DNA of 64,000 nt from a virus (taxonomy: Duplodnaviria; Caudoviricetes): positions 256,001 to 320,000 of IMG/VR virus record IMGVR_UViG_3300032254_000001. The stretch is one strand, 5' to 3'. Below the pieces are notes generated by a model. The model searched no databases. It saw nothing but the letters and a program-made list of their open reading frames with translations, and was not told where the DNA came from. Positions 6,679 through 14,726 of this stretch are shown piece after piece. The stretch's first letter is position 1; each line of letters begins with the position of its first letter. The position numbers and the translations under genes were made by a program.

Positions 6679-6847
6679 TATCTTTATCTCTTTGATCTAA
6701 ATAATCGTTAAGTGCTTTTACTGCTTCCGTTAAGTTGTCCTTATTTCTATCAGTATTGTATTTCTGGATTATATCCAATTTTTGTTCCGTTGTTAGGTAT
6801 TCCTTATTAAGGTTTTCCCATGTTTCTTCTTCAGGTGTTTTAGCCAT
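6668..6847 (-). CDS. 59-aa protein with a WxKL-like tag (EEETWENL); not in ORF track
   Basis: ATG 6847 to TGA 6668, MAKTPEEETWENLNKEYLTTEQKLDIIQKY...; first gene after the 6886-6914 promoter. Confidence 0.7.
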   Translation of the reverse strand: MAKTPEEETWENLNKEYLTTEQKLDIIQKYNTDRNKDNLTEAVKALNDYLDQRDKDNGK

Positions 6848-6885
6848 AATTCGTGCTTCTATCTTGAGGGCGCTTTACAGCACTT

Positions 6886-6914
6886 AGTATAACAATTTAA
6901 AATGCGTTTGTCAA
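6886..6914 (-). promoter_or_regulatory. sigma70-type early promoter (leftward)
   Basis: TTGACA-17 nt-TATACT with extended TG. Confidence 0.85.
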
Positions 6915-6928
6915 CCTTATCGTAATAT

Positions 6929-6958
6929 TTGACTTATACCCATTTTGCATGTTACACT
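6929..6958 (+). promoter_or_regulatory. sigma70-type promoter (rightward, divergent)
   Basis: TTGACT-18 nt-TACACT with extended TG. Confidence 0.65.
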
Positions 6959-6962
6959 CATC

Positions 6963-7035
6963 CTACGAAAGCGTAGAGCAGTTACACGCTTTTGGCCCAC
7001 TAGGGCCATCGAGGACGAAGTACTCGAGTAACTGC
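6963..7035 (+). ncRNA. Candidate structured 5' leader RNA
   Basis: CTACG/CGTAG hairpin; GCAGTTAC/GTAACTGC 8-bp stem enclosing GGCCC/GGGCC and TCGAG/CTCGA hairpins. Confidence 0.5.
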
Positions 7036-7053
7036 GAAGAATAGGAACTTATT

Positions 7054-7284
7054 ATGAATGTAGTACCCGGAGCATCTATAACAGCTATTAAAGATTCGTA
7101 CTTTATGGTTGAAGCACGTACTCCTTTTGAGCGTGATGGCGAATTATATCCATGGTGTAAGAATCACGATAGCGAAGGATATTTCAATTATGCTAATCGC
7201 TACTCTAGTGGCGGTAACGTCCGACCACAGTTTTGGTTTGAGTTAGAAGCTGATGCTATGTTGTTTAAGTTGAAATTCGCATGA
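7054..7284 (+). CDS. Small protein of the FxFExExDAxxFxL family
   Basis: WCKNHDSEGYF...FWFELEADAMLFKLKF. Confidence 0.75.
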   Translation: MNVVPGASITAIKDSYFMVEARTPFERDGELYPWCKNHDSEGYFNYANRYSSGGNVRPQFWFELEADAMLFKLKFA

Positions 7285-7628
7285 GACTTATAATAGCTGG
7301 AAGCAGACACTTAACACTTGATGTAGAAGGCATACAGGCCTTTATTAACTATTTAGGTATTACAGATATAACCGAAGTAGTGTGTGGCATGGCGCCTGGT
7401 ATTGATGCTGCTGGAAAATTATGGGCAGAATCTAATAACATTCCAGTTGAGCCGTTTCCTGCAGAGTGGGAGACGTACGGCAAAGCTGCTGGGCATATAC
7501 GCAATAAGCAAATGGCAGACTACGGTGATGAACTACTAGTAATTTGGAACGGTAAGTCTCCGGGTTCTCGTAATATGAAGACCACAATGGAAAAATTGGG
7601 CAAAAAGGTACACGAAGGCACATTCTAA
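7281..7628 (+). CDS. SLOG-superfamily (YspA/DUF2493-like) nucleotide-binding protein
   Basis: MRLIIAGSR, VVCGMAPGID, FPAEW..YGKAAG.IRN.QMA, W.GKSPG. Confidence 0.85.
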   Translation: MRLIIAGSRHLTLDVEGIQAFINYLGITDITEVVCGMAPGIDAAGKLWAESNNIPVEPFPAEWETYGKAAGHIRNKQMADYGDELLVIWNGKSPGSRNMKTTMEKLGKKVHEGTF

Positions 7629-7810
7629 TGACAAACGATTACCCATACAAAGTTAGATTTAAATGGCGTTACGGTGAAATGCTAAAGGATCTTTCTGCAT
7701 GGTGTAATGAGAATTGCACCGGCGAATATCAGTATCAATACACTGCTTCAGTGTTTTGGTTTAAAGAGTCTAAGGATGCAATGATGTTTAAACTGGCTAA
7801 CAACTTATGA
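7628..7810 (+). CDS. Small protein of the FxFExExDAxxFxL family
   Basis: WCNENCTGEY...FWFKESKDAMMFKL. Confidence 0.75.
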   Translation: MTNDYPYKVRFKWRYGEMLKDLSAWCNENCTGEYQYQYTASVFWFKESKDAMMFKLANNL

Positions 7811-7992
7811 TACTAAGCATTCCAATCAAAGATTACTGCATTGGTTGTCGTATGAAGTCTGTCAGACCGCAGTTTAAACCTAGGCAAGACGACTTCAATT
7901 ATCTGTACTTTAGTATTAACGATGTTGTGTACTTTGAATGGAGTAAGGAATTTGAGCAAGCTTTACTATGGGAGGCACTGCAACGTGATTGA
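7807..7992 (+). CDS. Hypothetical protein, paralog of 7985-8167
   Basis: PRQDDF...FEWSKEFEQALLWEAL. Confidence 0.65.
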   Translation: MILSIPIKDYCIGCRMKSVRPQFKPRQDDFNYLYFSINDVVYFEWSKEFEQALLWEALQRD

Positions 7993-8167
7993 ATACCAGC
8001 GACTAGACTATCCGTGGGAATGGTACGTACTTACTGAGAGGGATTTTATCTGTCGCCCTGATGACTTTAGGCGAATTATATTTAGAGTTGATGGTGCAGA
8101 ATTTATCGAGTGGAATGCAGAATTTGAACATGCTCTTTTAATAGAAAGGCTTAGCCGGTCTGCTTGA
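7985..8167 (+). CDS. Hypothetical protein, paralog of 7807-7992
   Basis: GTG at 7985 with GGGAGG upstream; RPDDF...IEWNAEFEHALLIERL. Confidence 0.65.
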   Translation: MIEYQRLDYPWEWYVLTERDFICRPDDFRRIIFRVDGAEFIEWNAEFEHALLIERLSRSA

Positions 8168-8192
8168 CAAACTAAAATTTACATGTTATGCT
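8164..8192 (+). promoter_or_regulatory. sigma70-type promoter with no downstream ORF
   Basis: TTGACA-17 nt-TATGCT with extended TG. Confidence 0.7.
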
Positions 8193-8280
8193 TAGTTCTG
8201 TCCAAGCAAGCGAGGTCAGTCGAACACGTTCGAGTCACCCGCAACAACAGAACCTACTTATCATGGATTACAACTCAAAA

Positions 8281-8306
8281 AAAAGCACTCTGTAAAGAGT
8301 GCTTTT
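8281..8306. terminator. Bidirectional intrinsic terminator
   Basis: AAAAGCACTCT-GTAA-AGAGTGCTTTT with A/T tails on both sides, between convergent units. Confidence 0.85.
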
Positions 8307-8346
8307 TAATTTTACTTCAAACTATCTAAGATAGTACAGTAACAAC

Positions 8347-9537
8347 TTAGCTAAAGCTTAAATTGCTGACTGCGACTTCCCCTAAATAATCTCCAGCATT
8401 ACCGAAAGATGATGCAGTATTCGTAAGCTCAATATAACCATAACGTGTCATAAAGCTTACAACTGGCTCAAATGTACTTGGATCAAGTACAACACCTGAA
8501 CTCATTAAAGGAACGTATGGGCAGTAGAACGCTGGTGCGTCTGCTTCGCTTGAACCTTTATAACCAACAAGTACTGGAGTAGTGTCGTTAGCATAGCTAT
8601 CAACGTAAACTTTCATTGCTGAGTTAAGAGTACCAACAAACTTAGTGTTTGTAGGAGCTTCAAATGTACCTTCAGTGGTACGTGCAAATGCAGAGGTAGT
8701 AGCTGACTGTAGTACAGTTAAAGAAGCTGGTGAAACAACTGCATAGTTACCAGCGCCACGACGTGTACGTGTAGCGATAAGGTTAGCTGTACGGTTGATA
8801 AGAACTGCTAATGCAGCATGTTCATCACCTACGAATGTAGCAGTACCTGAAACAAGTGACTGATCGTATGTGAATTCTGTGCTTGCTAATGAACGTAAAG
8901 ATAAAAGAATCTCTTGGTCAATTTCAGCAGTAATTTCTTGTGCTAAAGCAGCCATGATTTCAGCTTCAACATCAATGCCGTGCATTGACTGAGCATCTTG
9001 AGCAGCTTCAAAAGTCCAACGTGCTTGTAACTTACGTGTCTTAGCTTCAACAGCTTGCTTTAAGATCTGAACGGAAATGTTACGACCGCCTTCGCCTTCT
9101 AAGTTTGCTGTCTGTGCTGCACGGTAGTCAGCTTGTGTAGCGCCAACACCAGCTGAGTATGCTTGCGCAATCTTGAATGGTGATAGTGCTTCTTCGCCTG
9201 CTGCTGTACTAGTACTAGCTGCACTTGAATCAGTCATAGTAGAACCGTAACGTACACGAAGTGTATGAATCTGGCTTACAGGACCTGACATTGGCTGTAC
9301 ACCTACAAGTTCATTTGCAATGACTGTAGGCATAACACGTCGAATAACTGGTAAAATAACACGGTTTAATGTTGCAACGTTACCAGCGGCAGTAGCGCCA
9401 CTTGATGCAGATTCTGCTAAGTGGTTACGAGTGTTTTCCAAAATTACGCTCATTGTAGAACGTTTGGTACCGTCTAGACCTTCAAGCAATGCTTCTTTGG
9501 TCTCACCCCAACGGTTTTCTAATAGTGCTTGTGACAT
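8347..9537 (-). CDS. gp23: Major capsid protein (T4 gp23-like)
   Basis: LVGVQPM, TRKLQARWT, HGIDVEAE, FYCPYVPL and TRYG motifs. Confidence 0.97.
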   Translation of the reverse strand: MSQALLENRWGETKEALLEGLDGTKRSTMSVILENTRNHLAESASSGATAAGNVATLNRVILPVIRRVMPTVIANELVGVQPMSGPVSQIHTLRVRYGSTMTDSSAASTSTAAGEEALSPFKIAQAYSAGVGATQADYRAAQTANLEGEGGRNISVQILKQAVEAKTRKLQARWTFEAAQDAQSMHGIDVEAEIMAALAQEITAEIDQEILLSLRSLASTEFTYDQSLVSGTATFVGDEHAALAVLINRTANLIATRTRRGAGNYAVVSPASLTVLQSATTSAFARTTEGTFEAPTNTKFVGTLNSAMKVYVDSYANDTTPVLVGYKGSSEADAPAFYCPYVPLMSSGVVLDPSTFEPVVSFMTRYGYIELTNTASSFGNAGDYLGEVAVSNLSFS

Positions 9538-9558
9538 TATAATCTCCTATTTAACACT

Positions 9559-10659
9559 TTATTTTAAGCCAGCTAAAGTTTTAATATCAACGATATTGCT
9601 ATCATCGTTAGTATTTACTTTAGCTGTTTTATCACCAGTTACTTCTTTACGGCTTTCTGTTACTACGCGCTTCTTAGAAGGTGTAGCGTCATTGGCTTTA
9701 TTAGCAAGTACCGCTGGCAGATATTTCTCGAAAGCATTCGATAATCGACTTGTTTGAACGCTTTCTAATAAGTTTTGCATGATCTCACGCTTATCTTCGT
9801 TTAAAGGTGCTAACAAATCTGTCATAGCCTCATCACGTTGATTGCCTTCTTTTATCATACGAATTTCTTTGTTTTTACTTTCTGTAAGTGCTTCTAACTT
9901 AGTTGCTTTAGTAGCAGACTCTTTCAACTCTGTTTCCTTAGCTTCTAAACTATCTTTCAACTTACGGATTTCTGCATTTTCGTTTAAGTGTGTTGATGTA
10001 AACTCACTTGAAAAAGCTTCGAAAATACGTCGACCAAAGCTGTTCTCGCGAGCAGATTTGATGTCTTCTTGTAATGTTGTTAACTCTGTTGATAGTGTTG
10101 ACTTAACATGGTTCTGGACTTTAGCAGCACTTTCTTTAACGAAACGTGTTTTAAGTGCTTCTAGTTGTGTACGTGCTTCTGCAACAAGCTTAACCTTCGT
10201 TTCAACGACGTCTTGCTTATCTTTTGCAAATTCACGAACTTCTTTTGCTAACTGTTTAGCAACAAAAGATTCAACTGCTTCTAATCCTTCACTTTGGATT
10301 TGGCGGTCCTTACGTAGTTCTTTAATTTCTTCAGCTAACTTAGCAGTCATGAAATTATTAAACTTAGCACCGTTTTCAGCCATCTTCTTATTGAACTTAA
10401 CTCGATCTTCTGCTAATGCAGCTTTCTCTTCCTTAAATTCACTAATTTCAGACTGTAAACCTTCAGTAACCATTTTATCAAGAGCTTCGACCATTACTTT
10501 CTTGTCGTGATCGTAACGTTGTGCGAATTCCTCACGTAACTCAGTACGCAATTCTTCACGTGCTTCGTTTAACTTTGAATCCCAGGCTTCCATAATCTCT
10601 GAGCTGGTATCTTCGTTAATCACGTTACTGTCAAGCAATTGTTTGATTGCATCTAGCAT
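9559..10659 (-). CDS. Prohead core scaffold protein (gp22-like)
   Basis: Long acidic coiled coil between the protease and the MCP. Confidence 0.8.
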   Translation of the reverse strand: MLDAIKQLLDSNVINEDTSSEIMEAWDSKLNEAREELRTELREEFAQRYDHDKKVMVEALDKMVTEGLQSEISEFKEEKAALAEDRVKFNKKMAENGAKFNNFMTAKLAEEIKELRKDRQIQSEGLEAVESFVAKQLAKEVREFAKDKQDVVETKVKLVAEARTQLEALKTRFVKESAAKVQNHVKSTLSTELTTLQEDIKSARENSFGRRIFEAFSSEFTSTHLNENAEIRKLKDSLEAKETELKESATKATKLEALTESKNKEIRMIKEGNQRDEAMTDLLAPLNEDKREIMQNLLESVQTSRLSNAFEKYLPAVLANKANDATPSKKRVVTESRKEVTGDKTAKVNTNDDSNIVDIKTLAGLK

Positions 10660-10670
10660 TTTGTGGTCTC

Positions 10671-11303
10671 CTAAATTTTAAGATCTTTGATTAGGGCAAT
10701 TACGCCTTCTTTCAAATATCTTTGTACACGTTTGTTCTCGCTAGCTTCTTCTGCAATACCTAACAACTTCAATCCGCCTTTCATATTCATGATGCCTTCA
10801 TATATAGCTGTTGGGTACGCTTCAGGCGCACTAGGTTGAGCAACGATATCGACTGTGATTATCTCAAAGTCTGATACGTGTCCTGTAGCTTCGTTAACAT
10901 TACCGCTTCCTCTAGATGAAACGCCTAGCTTAACGCCTGCGCCTAACATCGTTTCAATGACTTTACCCATTGGAGTTGGAAGTATTTTTAACTTGCCATA
11001 ACCGTTAGCGCCTTCCATCCACATTTCTGTGATCATGTGCGACACGCGGTCTAAATTTATTTTTAAATCATCTGGGTGATCTATTTCGCCTAAAACGGAA
11101 TAGCCACCTGTGATTTGTTCGTTAAGTGTGCTAACGGCTGTGTTAATTTCTCTCACTGGATATATACGCTGATTAGCATTTCTCTGATCACCTTGGATGC
11201 AGATGCCTTTCATGTATAAATCTTTTCCGCCTTTACCGTCAGCAGCTTCTTCAAGCTGGACTTTAGCTGCGTCAAAGTTTAAATATTCTTGTAAGATACT
11301 CAT
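10671..11303 (-). CDS. gp21: Prohead protease (gp21)
   Basis: NANQRIYP, LGEIDHP, GVSSRGSG, D.VAQPSAP motifs. Confidence 0.95.
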   Translation of the reverse strand: MSILQEYLNFDAAKVQLEEAADGKGGKDLYMKGICIQGDQRNANQRIYPVREINTAVSTLNEQITGGYSVLGEIDHPDDLKINLDRVSHMITEMWMEGANGYGKLKILPTPMGKVIETMLGAGVKLGVSSRGSGNVNEATGHVSDFEIITVDIVAQPSAPEAYPTAIYEGIMNMKGGLKLLGIAEEASENKRVQRYLKEGVIALIKDLKI

Positions 11304-11312
11304 AATCTAACC

Positions 11313-12080
11313 TTAAGAACCGCTTAAGCTTTTCTTGTTAACACCAGCATCTTCACCCTTCTTCTTAGGTTCAGCTACTTTGCTTTCGTTTGGTTTTGTT
11401 GTACCGTCGCCTGGCTTAACTGCTGGGGTAGCATCGCCTTTAGCTTCTGTACCTGTTGGTGTGATAGGTTTAGCAACTGCGCCTTTCTTACCGCTGTTGT
11501 CAGCGTTAACAGACTTCTTGTTTACTGTGCCTTCTTCTGTTGAGTTTGAAATGCCTTTAGAAACTTTAGATAAGCTTACTGCTTCATTGAAGCGGCCTTC
11601 CATTTCTTCTTCAGCGCCCATTTCTGGTTCCATACCCATTTCTGGTTCCATACCCATTTCAGGCTCCATGCCCATTTCATCGCCAGCTTCGTCGCCCATA
11701 ACAGCATCAAATTCTGACATTAAAGCGTCTAACTGATCTTCAAGATCAACAACGCGATCTTCTAAATCGGCTTCTTCTTCGCCTTCCATGCCGCCCATGT
11801 CATCGCCCATTTCTGGTTCCATGCCCATGTCATCGCCCATTTCTGGCTCGGCACCCATTTCTGGTTCCATGCCCATGTCGTCTTCGCGCATGCCTTCTTC
11901 ATCTGAAGAGATATCGTTAATAAGTTCGTCAGCTGCATCGCCACCTAACTCATTTTCTCTATCCATTAATGATTCATAGATATCGCGAGACTTTTCAACT
12001 ACGATTTCATGAAAAAGTTCTTCGGCTTTGCCGTCTTCTTCATTGATAACGTATTCAATAAGTTGTTCAAATTTATTCAT
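11313..12080 (-). CDS. Acidic low-complexity prohead core/internal protein
   Basis: Position in the head module; MG[MA]EPE repeats. Confidence 0.6.
   Translation of the reverse strand: MNKFEQLIEYVINEEDGKAEELFHEIVVEKSRDIYESLMDRENELGGDAADELINDISSDEEGMREDDMGMEPEMGAEPEMGDDMGMEPEMGDDMGGMEGEEEADLEDRVVDLEDQLDALMSEFDAVMGDEAGDEMGMEPEMGMEPEMGMEPEMGAEEEMEGRFNEAVSLSKVSKGISNSTEEGTVNKKSVNADNSGKKGAVAKPITPTGTEAKGDATPAVKPGDGTTKPNESKVAEPKKKGEDAGVNKKSLSGS
11613..11880 (-). repeat. Coding tandem repeats (MG[MA]EPE)n in two blocks
   Basis: Repeated cccatttctggttccat-like units at about 11613-11680 and 11785-11880. Confidence 0.85.
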
Positions 12081-12204
12081 TTCTGAGATCTCCTAAAAGT
12101 ATACTTTCTATGCTCTTATTTAACAGGTAAGAGATAAAAGTAGGTGTTTAATAGGATAAAAAGGTGAGAAAAGGTGATTCTTTACCAAAATCACCTATAT
12201 TTGA

Positions 12205-12444
12205 TTAAAAGGGCTCGCCGCCGCCTTCGTCTGCTGGAGCTGCATATTGAGCTCTAATGTTCTTTAATTTTGCTTCTTTTTCGTACTCTCGGATGTCATT
12301 CATCTTTCGTAACTTGTTAATTTGCTTCAAAGTTAAACGTGTTTGACGCAGGGCATACTTAGTAGACTGGTCGTCTTCTAAGCTTTGCATGCCAGGAACT
12401 GCGGCATCTGTTTCGTTTAAAATTGTTAGGTCATTAATCTTCAT
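12205..12444 (-). CDS. Small conserved head-module protein
   Basis: RQTRLTLKQINKLRKMND; located between the portal and core genes. Confidence 0.7.
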   Translation of the reverse strand: MKINDLTILNETDAAVPGMQSLEDDQSTKYALRQTRLTLKQINKLRKMNDIREYEKEAKLKNIRAQYAAPADEGGGEPF

Positions 12445-12449
12445 ATACT

Positions 12450-12457
12450 TATTTATG
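12450..12457 (-). promoter_or_regulatory. gp55-type late promoter CATAAATA
   Basis: T4 late-promoter-like octamer just upstream of ATG 12444. Confidence 0.7.
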
Positions 12458-14156
12458 GCTCTTCGATATCTACATCACCGCCAGCACCAACTTCATCCGG
12501 GCCGTCAGCTTCAAGATCTAACTCAGCGTCAAAGTCTTCCATGTCGCCTAAGTCAGCATCCATACCGCCCGGTGTTACACCAACGCCACGTAAGTCACTA
12601 CCAGCTGTACCTGTTTCTTCTTCATCTGGTACATTGTTTTCTTCACGCCACATAGTTTCATTCTCAAGCATTTCAGCTTCAGTTAAACCTAAGAAACGCT
12701 TAAGTGCAAAACGCTTAGACATATAAGGAATATCTGCTGTACCACTAAAGTTGCCTAGGCGTGTAGCATCAAGCTCTGTTTGTCTGTAACTTGCAAAGTT
12801 CTGCGGATTATTAAACTTAATGTCGAAGATCTTAGCATCAATGTTAAAGCCTCTCCAACGTAAAAACATCTTAAACTCTTCGTTTATCTTTGTTACGATG
12901 TTGTTTTGTATACGTTCGCAGTACTGGTTAAAGCGGAATTCTTGTATTAAAGCTGTGCCCATACGTCCATCATTTAACGTGCCTTGGCTATCGTCTGGAC
13001 CTGTTGGTAGGTAACTTGAAGGTACTCGGAGACCACGGGCCATCTTGTTATTGAAGTATCTTAAGTCATCAATTTCAGATAGATTTTGTCCGCCGGGTAA
13101 TGTATCTACCTTCGAACCACGTCCTTCAGCTGTCTGTGGGAAGAAGTAATCTTCGTTCATAGACATTGGATTGTAGCTAGCATCTAACTGATTAGCACCG
13201 CCACTCTGTGTAGGGATTCTGCGCTGATGTATTTCATTCTTAACACGCTCTACAAAGCCCATAGCTAAGTGTGCTGGCATGCTACCAACATCTATATAAA
13301 AGATACGGCGCTCTGGCGCACGTTGTATTCTATAGATAAGGATAGCATCCTCAAGCAATTCTTTCTGCTTGTATACTTTATAAATTTGTTCAAGTATTGA
13401 TTGTCCAAAAGGCCAGTTGTAGTCAAGCCCTTCTGTTAAGCTAATGTGTACAACATGCTGAGCATCAACTGCCGACTCTTTCATGCCCATAGCAAAACGG
13501 CTTGCGTTTGCTCCGCCTTGGTCTGGAATAGTATATGTCTGCGGTGCTGTATAACCTTGATTCGGTTGTCCTGTTTGTGCATCAGTAACTGTCTTTGCTG
13601 CTACTGTTAGGTTCTCAAGGTTAGGATTAATGTCCTCAATAATATACTGCTCTGGCATTTTGCCTTCGCTTTCATTAACAATTACTCGTTTTACTTTGTT
13701 AGTTTCAACCCAGTTTAACTTAAATGTTTCTGGATCACGTATAAACACTTGGTCTCCGTACTTAATAGAGTTACGGAAGATTTTGAATATACGCTTATCG
13801 AATTCGTTTAGCTTAACCCATTGCTGTAGCTGCTGTGTAATGATTTTGATTTCGTTATCAGTAGGCTTATCGTTGTAATGAACTTCAAATGCTGTGTTAT
13901 TCTCTTCACTTGTTTGCGTTGAGAACTCAGATATGATATCCAAACATGCATTAACTTCACTGTCTAGGTCCATTGCTTCAAACTGATTATAGCGTTCAAC
14001 ACGATTTGGGTGTCCAGTGTACACCTCAGGTAGATTACTTTGGTAATTACGGAACCCAACTTGGCCGTTCTGATCACTGCCGCCACCCATGCCGCCACTA
14101 ATAGGACTCATGGTTCCTGTTGTGTCTGCTACTTTGAAATATTTACGCCACGTCAT
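12453..14156 (-). CDS. gp20: Portal protein (gp20)
   Basis: LLEDAILIYRIQRAPERRIFYIDVG, EDYFFP, TLPGGQNL motifs. Confidence 0.96.
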   Translation of the reverse strand: MTWRKYFKVADTTGTMSPISGGMGGGSDQNGQVGFRNYQSNLPEVYTGHPNRVERYNQFEAMDLDSEVNACLDIISEFSTQTSEENNTAFEVHYNDKPTDNEIKIITQQLQQWVKLNEFDKRIFKIFRNSIKYGDQVFIRDPETFKLNWVETNKVKRVIVNESEGKMPEQYIIEDINPNLENLTVAAKTVTDAQTGQPNQGYTAPQTYTIPDQGGANASRFAMGMKESAVDAQHVVHISLTEGLDYNWPFGQSILEQIYKVYKQKELLEDAILIYRIQRAPERRIFYIDVGSMPAHLAMGFVERVKNEIHQRRIPTQSGGANQLDASYNPMSMNEDYFFPQTAEGRGSKVDTLPGGQNLSEIDDLRYFNNKMARGLRVPSSYLPTGPDDSQGTLNDGRMGTALIQEFRFNQYCERIQNNIVTKINEEFKMFLRWRGFNIDAKIFDIKFNNPQNFASYRQTELDATRLGNFSGTADIPYMSKRFALKRFLGLTEAEMLENETMWREENNVPDEEETGTAGSDLRGVGVTPGGMDADLGDMEDFDAELDLEADGPDEVGAGGDVDIEEP

Positions 14157-14667
14157 TTGTAGTTACCTTTAATTGTTTTTTCATATTTTGTGCATCTCTT
14201 CTAGCTTGTGACCACGGCTTACCTTTTAATGTAGCCGATGCCTTTGCATATCTTCCGTCTGGTTTCCTACCTAAGTTTGCCTGACGTATCTTTTCTGCAT
14301 GTTCAGCTGTCTTGGGCTTACGGTAGTTTTTCTTATGTGCTTCTGTGCGCACCTTACCTTTATTGCCTGCAGAAATCTTTTCTTTAGCTTGCTCGCTGTG
14401 GTACCAATCCGAATTAGATGTTTTGCCACCACGACGTAAATTCTTTAATATACCAGTGTTATTGCATGCCAACCCATAATGGTCAACTAATTTAGTTTCT
14501 AAATCCCACGCATCTTCCTTTGTCATACTGCTTCGAATAACTGCAATTTCTGTTAATGCTGGTACATCAACATACAAATGATACGCGGTCATTCTGTTAC
14601 CTTTGCCCATTCCAATGTAATACGGTATATCGTCTGCTAGGTACATGTATACATAATGCTCTGCCAT
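14143..14667 (-). mobile_element. GIY-YIG homing endonuclease with NUMOD3-like repeats
   Basis: HYVYMY...PYYIGMGKGNR; HSEQAKEKIS and TAEHAEKIRQA repeats. Confidence 0.8.
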
Positions 14668-14685
14668 ATACTTTTCTCTTTACGC

Positions 14686-14693
14686 TATTTATG
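14686..14693 (-). promoter_or_regulatory. Late promoter CATAAATA
   Basis: Octamer upstream of ATG 14667. Confidence 0.65.
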
Positions 14694-14726
14694 TGTTAAA
14701 CTTAACCGTTTATTGTTAATTGTCCG

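Noticed and set aside
6963-7035. Hammerhead ribozyme
   Set aside because: The three-stem layout is suggestive, but the CUGANGA core is absent.
12135-12145. TAAAAGTAGGT shared with 52590-52600 as a regulatory motif
   Set aside because: Only two A/T-rich 11-mers, in different orientation relative to their genes; could be chance.
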